From Mobula hypostoma (lineage: Eukaryota), in NCBI RefSeq assembly GCF_963921235.1, contig NC_086107.1:103790001-103854000 (forward strand): a stretch of 64,000 nucleotides of DNA. The letters are read 5' to 3'. Within the stretch, counting starts at the first letter, position 1; the number at the start of each line of letters is the position of its first letter. Below are positions 14,664 to 25,686 of this stretch, in pieces. The translations under genes were made by a program, and so were the position numbers. Under the pieces are notes generated by a model that was given only the letters and a program-made list of their open reading frames with translations, had not been told where the DNA came from and did not search any database.

Positions 14664-14860
14664 GGCCAGTGGTGTAGTGGTATCCACCCCCCCCCCCGCC
14701 CCAGACTTCGGAGCGAGAGGTCCCAGGTTCAAATCCAGCCGGCTCCTTGCTCTCTTTCCATTCGTGCTGGGTTGAGCGCCAAGCTGGCGACCCGGCCTCG
14801 TAAAACGGACGAACGGTGGAAAAAGAAACGCGGCAAAGTTGCCGCCCGATGTGCCAGAAG
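14664..14860 (+). mobile_element. tRNA-derived SINE
   Basis: A box TGGTGTAGTGG and B box GGTTCAAATCC, followed by a non-tRNA body. Confidence 0.65.
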
Positions 14861-16548
14861 GTACATTATTTCACCAGTGGGGTCAGGAATGAAAAGACAA
14901 CGAGCTTGGGCATTGCAATCAAAATGGAGAGGAATTATTTTGAAACAATTCATTAACTATTCACTGCAACAAAATCATGAAAACTTTAAAAAAAACTCCC
15001 TTTAAATTAATAATGCAAGGCTTGCATGCTTGCATCCAATTGTGTGTTCTTCACTCTAACTTCAGAGCACTGTAATGAAGATTGCCACACCATGCATGCT
15101 TGGAAAAGCAAACTCTACACCAACACTACTTCTGAACCCACAAGATGTCCAACCGTACTGAAATGGTTCTGGAGGACCTAAATGGGCAGTGACAGCCACT
15201 TTATATAAAGTCCAACTGACAAATCAACAAACATTCCACTAAGACACCAATCCACATTTGATTTCTGCTCATTCAACCTGGAAAAATTGTTGATTTTTAA
15301 CAACCTAAGTAAAAATCAAAACACACTCGTGTTGGTGTCTATATCATCCAACCCCAATCCGTTGGCCGGTCAGGAACAAACTGAAGTCTAGTGCAGGTGG
15401 AAGGATTCCCCGGACAAAACGTAATCTTTTCCAGTATGGAATGTTTCACCGTGGTCCCGATTCACATCCATTGGGTCGATTCTACTCCCCGATAAAATGC
15501 CAGGGTCTCATGGATTGTGTTGAATTCATTTCTCTGGAGTAAAATGGTCTAGATTAAGGTTAGTAGTGGGAGTCCATTATTCCCAGCGGGTTCAGTATCA
15601 GAAATGTAGATCCCAGTCAAATCCCTCCAGGGATTAAACACTGAATTAGAAGTAAAATTACGGCAGGAAGATTTAAAAGAGAAAAATAAACTTGGCTGGT
15701 TTTCAATCCTTCCACACTTGCCCACAAGGTTTCCAGTTTACTGAAAGCGAATGAGTTTGTCGTAGTCGGGGTCGATGTTTCTACACAATAACATCGATAG
15801 CGACATCCCAAGGAGCTGTGGGAGAGGGAAGGGAGAGTGTGAATGTAAGTCCGACCTGGAGCGCAGGGGAGTGGTATCCCCTGCGGGCGCGGCGACATGG
15901 CGTGCACTATTTCACCTGGAGCGAAAGTCCAAGCGCTCAAGCCACCATTACACACTCACGCCCACAGGACAGAAATCCCCAATCACCCTTCCCAGCTCGC
16001 TGGTTAAAGACTCACTGCAATGCACCCAGCTCTTGGATTTATGTGCAAGAACTCTCAATATTATTCGTCAGTAGGGAGGTGCAGGTCACAGCTGGGGCCT
16101 CCTCCCCACCGAAGGGACGGGTGTGGAATGAATATTCCACTGTGGAAGGTTTTGCAGATAATCTCTGTGCCCTCGCATCGCCTGCGGAGCAGAAGGTCTG
16201 CCCCCGGCTGACTTTGACAATCTAACAGAAGCCAGTCTGGACACTCGGCTTGGGGTCCCCACATGCAGCTCAGGCATCAGTAAGGTTACAGGCAAATCAG
16301 CCCACTATGCCCCCCTCATCCCAGAGTTAACTGCTCCTGTTCCTCCCACTTCCTCGCTTGCCTCCTCACGTGATGAGGGATGCTGACTCCTCCACACAGT
16401 CCACAAGCCAACCTCAGACCCTCATGCCCTCAGGGTGGAAATATCTTTCCACTTCTCCAACTCCACCCTCCCCCCCCACTTCTTCCACCAGCCATCATTT
16501 TGCGGTTCGATTCTGAACACCTCTGACACCTCAAACCTGCAAAGAACT

Positions 16549-16554
16549 TTTAAT
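16549..16554 (-). terminator. Candidate polyadenylation signal ATTAAA
   Basis: Followed on the minus strand by GT-rich ggtttgaggtgtcagaggtgtt, downstream of the stop at 16721. Confidence 0.4.
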
Positions 16555-16720
16555 TAGGCAGATAATGACAAGCGGTTCCAAAAGGGACGGATCTCAGCTT
16601 TGTCGCGGCTCATTGGTCAGTATTCTCTGCGTGGTGTAGTCAGTGTTAACTGGCACACCACAATGCTGGCAGTGCACGAGTCTATGTCCTTTCACTAGGT
16701 CCTCCAAAATGCTGTACAGT

Positions 16721-17530
16721 TCACTCAGCGGTAGTGGACAAGTTATCTGACAGACCTAACTCTTCTCTGTTCTGTACGGCCTGCTCTGTTGTAGTAGATG
16801 GGCGAGTTAACTGATCTAACTCTTCTCTTTTCTGTAGGGTCTGCTCTGTTGTAGTAGATGGGCGAGTTAACTGATCTAACGCTTCTCTCTTTTGTAGGGT
16901 CTGCTCTGTTGTAGATGGGCGAGTTAACTGATCTAACTCTTCTCTTTTCTGTAGGGTCTGCTCTGTTGTAGTAGATGGGCGAGTTAACTGATCTAACGCT
17001 TCTCTCTTTTGTAGGGTCTGCTCTGTTGTAGATGGGCGAGTTAACTGATCTAACTCTTCTCTTTTCTGTAGGGTCTGCTCTGTTGTAGTAGATGGGCGAG
17101 TTAACTGATCTAACTCTTCTCTTTTCTGTAGGGTCTGCTCTGTTGTAGTAGATGGGCGAGTTAACTGATCTAACGCTTCTCTCTTTTGTAGGGTCTGCTC
17201 TGTTGTAGTAGATGGGCGAGTTAACTGATCTAACTCTTCTCTTTTCTGTATGGCCTGCTCTGTTGCAGCAGATGGGCGAGTTAACGGACGTAACTCTTCT
17301 CTCTCCTGTAGGGCCTGCTCTGTTGCTGTCCATCGCCCTAACTGCTTTCCCTGTGGCTCCCCCTGCCTTGCTGTAAAAGACGGCTTAGCTGGCAGCTCTG
17401 TCTGCTCCAGTTCATCTCCAGAGAGGCTGGAGGGCCCAGAGGTTGCTCCCCTGCGCTGTCGTAGTCTATCTGCAGTGCTGAGCATATGGTGGTTCACTAG
17501 CTGAACGGATGACAGGGCAAGCAGCATCAG
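16721..17530 (-). CDS. cd37: Probable terminal coding exon: TM4 end plus 269-aa repeat-containing cytoplasmic tail
   Basis: Strong acceptor ttttcctgccttctccttccag in phase 0. LMLLALS is in register with the family E-L-x-x-hydrophobic-x-L-S pattern. Frame stays open 810 nt to TGA; ATTAAA lies ~170 nt after the stop. Confidence 0.6.
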   Translation of the reverse strand: MMLLALSSVQLVNHHMLSTADRLRQRRGATSGPSSLSGDELEQTELPAKPSFTARQGEPQGKQLGRWTATEQALQEREELRPLTRPSAATEQAIQKREELDQLTRPSTTTEQTLQKREALDQLTRPSTTTEQTLQKREELDQLTRPSTTTEQTLQKREELDQLTRPSTTEQTLQKREALDQLTRPSTTTEQTLQKREELDQLTRPSTTEQTLQKREALDQLTRPSTTTEQTLQKREELDQLTRPSTTTEQAVQNREELGLSDNLSTTAE

Positions 17531-20500
17531 CTGGAAGGAGAAGGCAGGAAAAGCGACTGAAAATTGGCATTCACCTGACATATCTGCTTTCATTTGTACT
17601 GCCCGCGTTTGGAATTTGTGCCAATGCATACACCCAGTGGCCACTTTATTAGGTACACCAGCTCGTTAATGCAAATATCTAATTGGCCAATCATGAGGCA
17701 GCAACTCAATGCATAAAAGCATGCAGACATGGCCAAGAGGTTCAGTTGTTGGTCAGACCAAACATCAGGATGGGGAAGAAATGTGATCTAAGTGACTTTG
17801 ACTGTGGAACGATTGTTGGTGCCAGATGGGGTGGTTTGAGTATCTCAGATACTGCTGATCTCCTGAGATTTTCAGGCTCTGGAGTTTACAGAGAATGGGG
17901 CAAAAAAACCCCAAAAAAACATCCAGTGAGTGGCAGTTCTGTGGGGGTAAACACCTTGATAACGAGAGAGGTCAGAGGAGAATGGCCAGACTGGTTCAAG
18001 CTGACGGGAACGTGACAGTAACGCAAATAACCACCCGTTACAACAGTGGTGTGCAGAAGAGCATCTCTGAATGCACAACTCAGTGATCCTTGAAGGGGAT
18101 AGGCTACAGCAACAGAAGATCACGAACATAGACTCAGCGGCCCCTTTATTAGACTCAAGATTGCTTAATGTCATTTCTAGTACGCAAGTGTAAAGGAGAA
18201 TGAAATAATTGTTTCTCCAGATCTGATGCAGCCCAAGAAAACCCCACAAAAGATAAAGAATGCAATAATAATGATAAAAAACACAATATAAATACAGAAG
18301 TTAGCTTATATACATGGACTGATGGGGTACTGGAGTTACCTAATAAAGTGGCCACTGAGTGTATGGAGGGGCTCGAGAGAGGGGTTTGCATTGTCAGTGT
18401 CACCCATCTCCACCCTGAGCTGTAGTCAGACCTGCTTAGCTTGGAACCCTGCCCAATGTTCAGTCAGCTCCTCAATCCAATTCTACCCCTTAGATCATCC
18501 GATCCACATTATTGCTCGCTCTGCCTGTTATCGATAACACAGATATCAGTACACTCACAGCAACAAAGACAGATTGTGATAATATTATTTTCTATTCAAT
18601 CCTATACTTTGAGGTGGAATGGGAAAAGGGAGAAAGAGCTCTCGATTCCCAATTTCTCTTTCTGAGTGATGAGAATTTCCCTGAGCTTGACCACACTGAC
18701 TTTCACTAGAGAAACACACACACACACACTGAACCTCACTGGGGGAACAGGTCACACACACACACTCTGACCCTCACTGGGGGAACAGGTCACACACACA
18801 CACTCTGACGCTCACTGGGGGAACAGGTCACACACACACACTCTGACCCTCACTGGGGGAACAGGTCACACACACACACTCTGACGTTCACTGGGGGAAC
18901 AGGTCACACACACACACTGACCCTCACTGGGGTAACAGGTCACACACACACTGACCCTCACTGGGGAAACAGGTCACACACACACTCTGACCCTCACTGG
19001 GGGAACAGGTCACACACACACTGACCCTCACTGGGGGAACAGGTCACACACGCACACACTGACCCTCACTGGGGGAACAGGTCACACACACACACTGACC
19101 CTCACCGGGGGAACAGGTCACATACACACACTGGCCCTCACTGGGTGAACAGGTCACGCACACACACTCTGACCCTCACTGGGGGAACAGGTCACACACA
19201 CACTGCCCCTCACTGGGGGAACAGGTCACACACACACACTGACCCTCACTGGGAGAACAGGTCACACACACACACTGACCCTCACTGGGGGAACAGGTCA
19301 CATACACACACTGACTCTCACTGGGTGAACAGGTCACACACACACTGACCCTCACTGGGGGATCAGGTCACACACATACTGACCCTCACTGGGGGAACAG
19401 GTCACACACACACACTGACCCTCACTGGGGGAACAGGTCACATACACACACTGACCCTCACTGGGTGAACAGGTCACACACACACTTTCCTCACTGGGGG
19501 AACAGGTCACACACGCACACTGCCCCTCACTGGGGGAACAGGTCACACACACACACTGACCCTCACTGGGAGAACAGGTCACACACACACACTGACCCTC
19601 ACTGGGGGAACAGGTCACATACACACACTGACTCTCACTGGGTGAACAGGTCACACACACACTGACCCTCACTGGGGGATCAGGTCACACACATACTGAC
19701 CCTCACTGGGGGAACAGGTCACACACACACACACTGACCCTCACTGGGGGAACAGGTCACATACACACACTGACCCTCACTGGGTGAACAGGTCACACAC
19801 ACACTGCCCCTCACTGGGGGAACAGGTCACACACGCACACTGACCCTCACTGGGGGAACAGGTCACACACACACTGACCCTCACTGGGAGAACAGGTCAC
19901 ACACACACTGACCCTCACTGGGGGAACAGGTCACACACACACTAACCCTCACTGGGGGAACAGGTCTCACACACACACTGACCCTCACTGGGGGAACAGG
20001 TCACACACGCACACTGACCCTCACTGGGGGAACAGGTCACACACACAGTGACCCTCACTGGGGGAACAGGTCACACACACACACACTGACCCTCACTGGG
20101 AGAACAGGTCACACACACACACACTGACCCTCACTGGGGGAACAGGTCACACACACACTGACCCTCACTGGGGGAAAAGATCACACACACACTGACCCTC
20201 ACTGGGTGAACAGGTCCCACACACACACTGACCCTCTCTGGGGGACAGGTCACACGCACACACACTGACCCTCACTGGGGGAACAGGTCACACACACACT
20301 GACCCTCACTGGGGGAACAGTTCACACACACACTGACCCTCACTGGGTGAACAGGTCCCACACACACACTGACCCTCACTGGGGGAACAGGTCACACACA
20401 CACTGACTCTCACTGGGGGAACAGGTCCCACACACACACACACTGACCCTCACTGGGGGAACAAGTCACACACACACTGACCCTCACTGGGGGAACAGGT

Positions 20501-21284
20501 CCCACACACACACTGACCCTCACTGGGGGAACAGGTCACACACACACTGACCCTCACTGGGGGAACAGGTCCCACACACACACACACTGACTCTCACTGG
20601 GGGAACAGGTCACACAGACACTGACCCTCACTGGGGGAACAGGTCACACACACACACACTGACCCTCAATGGGGGAACAGGTCACACACACACTAACCCT
20701 CACTGGGGGAACAGGTCACACACACACACTGACCCTCACTGGGTGAACAGGTCACACACACACTGCCCCTCACTGGGGGAACAGGTCACACACACACACT
20801 GACCCTCACTGGGAGAACAGGTCACACACACACACTGACCCTCACTGGGGGAACAGGTCACATACACACACTGACTCTCACTGGGTGAACAGGTCACACA
20901 CACACTGACCCTCACTGGGGGATCAGGTCACACACATACTGACCCTCACTGGGGGAACAGGTCACACACACACACTGACCCTCACTGGGGGAACAGGTCA
21001 CATACACACACTGACCCTCACTGGGTGAACAGGTCACACACACACTTTCCTCACTGGGGGAACAGGTCACACACGCACACTGCCCCTCACTGGGGGAACA
21101 GGTCACACACACACACTGACCCTCACTGGGAGAACAGGTCACACACACACACTGACCCTCACTGGGAGAACAGGTCACACACACACACTGACCCTCACTG
21201 GGGGAACAGGTCGCACACACACTGACCCTCACTGGGGGAAAAGATCACACACACACACACACTGACCCTCACTGGGGGAAAAGA

Positions 21285-21324
<40 letters not shown>

Positions 21325-24300
21325 ACCCTCACTGGGGAAAAGATCACACACACACACACACACACACACTGACCCTCACTGGGGGAACAGGTCACACACA
21401 CACACTGACCCTCACTGGGGGAAAAGATCACACACACACACTGACCCTCACTGGGTGAACAGGTCCCACACACACACTGACCCTCACTGGGTGAACAGGT
21501 CCCACACACACACTGACCCTCACTGGGGGAACAGGTCACACACACACTGACCCTCACTGGGGGAAAAGATCACACACACACTGACCCTCACTGGGTGAAC
21601 AGGTCCCACATACACTGACCCTCACTGGGTGAACAGGTCCCACACACACACTGACCCTCTCTGGGGGACAGGTCACACGCTGATTCTAACTGGGATATTG
21701 GTTCCTTTACCAGGTGGTCCCAAAAGCTATCGTTGAAGTCAAATCTATAGCCAATTCAACGGCACAAAACTAATGGCTTTTGGGACCGCCTGGTCAAGGA
21801 AGCTAATTAAACTCCAGGAAAAGAATTTTAACAAAGACGAAGGTCTCACTCTGAAGTAAGAACTGGAATTTGATTGTACAAAAGGTGGAAGAGCAGAAAC
21901 CTGATTGGATGACGACTAACCAATCAGGAGGGATGGACGATGGGGGTATAAATACCACCGAACTAGACCTGCCCGGGAGTCAACCCTGAAGAAGATGGCA
22001 GAGTTTGTCATCGAAACGTCAGTTATAATCAATACCTGTACTCAGCTGGAAGCCTGAGAAGAGGTTAATTCATACAGCGTCTCGTCACACCATAATTGGC
22101 GTGGAAGTAAATAAGCACACCCACAAACACTCACACGACATGCAGATGTTAATTTTCACCTGTTCAACTGAGAGTTACCTTGCCAATATTCTAAGTAGGA
22201 AGCTCTGGGTGTGAAATGCAAGCAAACGAAGGAGATTTGGGTTAGTACAGCCGGCGACTGACAACACAACACTTCACACACTTGCAAAGCCAGGCAGCTG
22301 TGAAAAGGAGGGCAAGTTTGGAGCTCCCCAATACTGCCCCCCCCACTGTTAAAATCGACTCCAGTCCTTCCTGCCATCCAACTCCCCTAACTCACCATTG
22401 GTCAACTCATTGCCTGAGCCCACCTCCCCCGAAGGCGTTAACAAAACAAAAACGCTGGAGGAACTCAGAGGGTCAGGCACCACCGGTGGTGGGGAATGGA
22501 CAGTCAACGTTTCGGGTCGAGACTGTTCCTGCTCGTGCTCCAGATTCGCTGAACCTCGATACACTTGACAAAAAGAAACCAATTTTGTTTTGGAGGATTG
22601 TTGGCCGACCTTGGAGGTTAGGTCGCAAATGTTTCGTCGCTAGTCGAGGGGACATCGTCAGTGCACAATTAAGTATTGTTTCTGCTGGGTGCTTGTGCTC
22701 ATATTGGTTTGACTCGTTGTTCTGCGTGATCAGGACCAAGGAGTGAGCGCTGGACGTCTGAGGAACCAGCACTCACAATGACTGATAATCAGGGATACAG
22801 GCCGGTGGAGATCATTCAGCCTTCCAGTGGGCCAGGACCCAGTGCAGACCAGTAGCCAGCATGACAGCCAAACAATCAAAACGATAAGTCGGACGATTAT
22901 AAACACGAGCACTCGGCAGAAACAACTCAATTGTGCACCTCCACTGGTGGTGAAACGTTTGCGGTCCGACCTCCAGGTTCGGCCAACAACCCTACAAATG
23001 AGTAGCCAGTCTGAGCTACCAATCTCCCCTTTCGCTTCGATTCGCCAACCTATCTGCCATCGCTCGCCTCCGTTTTCCTCGCCTACCGAGAAGGCTCTTC
23101 GGGGTGTGCCCACCCTGCAGAAATGTCCTGCTCTCCCTGACCTGAGTTCTCCAAGACCCTCCCTCTCTGCGGGTCCCGCTCTCCAACCACACTCTCATGC
23201 AGGCTCACTGAACTGCCCAGACGAACGGTCCCAGCCCGAAACATCGACTGCCCATTTCCCACCACAGGTGCTGGGGTCCTCCTGCAACTTATCTGTTGCT
23301 GCGGATTCAAGCATCTCCAGACCCTGGTGCACCCTCCCCTCTCCCCACCGCTATAGGGTTACTCTGTCCGATAGTTACCTCACTCACCCAGTCCAACCTC
23401 TCCCACCTACAGTCTCCACTGCCCATTACCTGTTCCACCCCTCACCACAAAGAACCTGCCCTAAATTCCCCAGCAGACCCAACCTGAGGTCGTCTACTCC
23501 AGACTCCCTCAATACCACTACACCCACTCTCACTGACCAAATCCTTCCACTCGCTCTCTTCAGAAACTGCTCTGAAGTTTCCACTCCCCCGGGTGAGCCT
23601 CTCCATTCGTGCACCCTCCACCACCCCTTCCAACACCACAGAATAGAGTCTGCAATCTCCTGGAGCCCAGGTTGAGGGGTTGAGGAGTGGAGGGTGTTGG
23701 AAGAGGCGGAGTGGGTATGGGAGATAGAGGAGGATTTCCTTCCACAGTGCTGAATATTGACTCTCGCTCGTGAGGCTCTTTTTTGTTGCTGACGTCCCCT
23801 CCCTGGACTACCCCCCCCCGTCCCCCCGACCATTTCAAACACTGCAAAGTTCACTGCAGTCGAAACATCAAAGCCCAGGCACCTGGTGGGGAGCATTGGG
23901 AGATCAGCCCAGGATCCCGCGCGCTCGGTCCGGTTCCAGCCCAGGCAGCATTTCAGGCTACAGCAGAGAAGCTGCAGGAACTGAACACATCGTGACTTAG
24001 TAGCAGGCCCTGATTCCTTCCCAGCCCCCACCCCGAACCTAGCCCCGCGTGGGAAAGGCGTAGAGAGATACGGCCCAAATGGGGGCAGATGAGACTAGCT
24101 TAGACCGCAAAATGGAGGAGCAGAATTAGGCCCTTTCATCATGTCTGATCCATTTTCCCTCTCATCCCCAATCTCCTGCCTTCTCTCTTCACCCATTCAT
24201 GCCCTGAGCAATGAAGAACCCATCAATGACTTGGCCTCCACAGCCACCTGCGGCAACAAATTTTACAGCTTAGGTAAGCGTCTTGGTCCAAAGGGTCTGT

Positions 24301-25642
24301 TTCCATGTGAAATAGCCCCACCACCTCCCCTCCAACCATTCCACTGAACACCCCACAGTCTTCCACTTGAAACAGTAACTCTAGCTTCTCTTCCCGCAGA
24401 TGCTGACCGACCTGCTGGGTGTTCCCAGCATTTTATGTTTTTATTTCAGGTTTTCAGCATCTGCAGTGGGCTTTTCTCCCCTCAATTTTTCTCACACTGA
24501 ATCTGACCCCCACCCCCCAAGTCTCACTGTGCGCTCTCTGGGCCCCCTCCCCCATACGTGTCAGGCTTTCCATAGTGACTCACCTCTACCACAGTGATAC
24601 CAATGCAGATGATCGTTATGCTGATGACGTTTTCTTGCACCCACTCAAACACCCTCTTCCTGCAGCCCTGGGAAAGAAAGACAAAAAGCCCGGTCACCTC
24701 GGCAGCGTTTCCTTGCCCTCACCCGGCATTACCGCAGCGAACGGTGGGACCCTCAACTGCATTGATGCATGGAGGATCGTTGAGGTCCATTGCTCCCAGA
24801 CAGTGGCGGCTGAGGGAGATACGGACGTCGTAGGGCACACTTACTTTTATTAATCGGGGCACTGAGTTCTAGGGTCAGCAAACCAAGTTGCAGCTTTATA
24901 AAACTTCTGGTATCTCATTTAATTCTGGTCTCCACAGTATGGGAAGAAAGTGGAGGCTTTGGAGAGGTATACCAGGCTGCCTGGAGTAGAGGGCTGTGGT
25001 TTTGGGATGATGCAGATGAGAGGTCAGTTGGTCCCTTTCCAAAAGGAAATAGCCAGGACCTCCTGATTAGGATGATACTGTCCAGTGAGGCAGTATTTTT
25101 GCTCCCTTTTGGAACTACTTTTTTGTTCTATTTTTTATTATACCTTATAAATTTTTATCATATATTGCACTGTCCTTCTGCCACAAAATAGCAAATCACA
25201 CAGCATATGTCAGTGACAATAAACCTGATTCTGACTCACACAGTACTGTGCAAAAGTCTTTTAGGCACATATGTATAGCTAGGCTGCCTGAGACTTTTAT
25301 ACAGTACTGTAGTAATTTTATCTACTGCATTGTACTGCTGCCGCAAAAAAAAACAAAATTCATGACCCATGTGAGTGATGATAAACCTGATTCCGATTTA
25401 GGTTTCTATTCTGGACTGAGAGTGGGAAGGGGGCAGGGAGAGGGGAATCATGGTTGGGAAAAGGGGAAGGGAGAGGGGAGGGAGTGGGAAGCACCAGAGA
25501 GACATTCCATAATGATGAATAAACTAATTGTCTGGAATCAAATCATCTTGCCTGGTGTCTCAGAGCTAGGTTTGTCTGCACCCATGACCCCCCACACTAA
25601 CCCTGACACTCCTTCCTGTCCCACAGCCTTCCACCCTCACCA

Positions 25643-25686
<44 letters not shown>

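Noticed and set aside
14100..16500. Exons of a second gene in unique sequence
   Set aside because: No translation I could recognise and no consistent splice chain; a short divergent exon cannot be excluded by eye.
16743..17333. Second open frame over the tail repeat ([20 protein letters not shown]), superficially like the CD37 YNR motif
   Set aside because: The frame is closed by a stop just upstream, and I found no phase-0 acceptor entering it. Open frames are expected in a 60-bp repeat.
22827..23675. 282-aa plus-strand ORF
   Set aside because: It crosses Penelope-derived repeat fragments and a C-rich tract, lies antisense within an intron, and has no recognisable domain.
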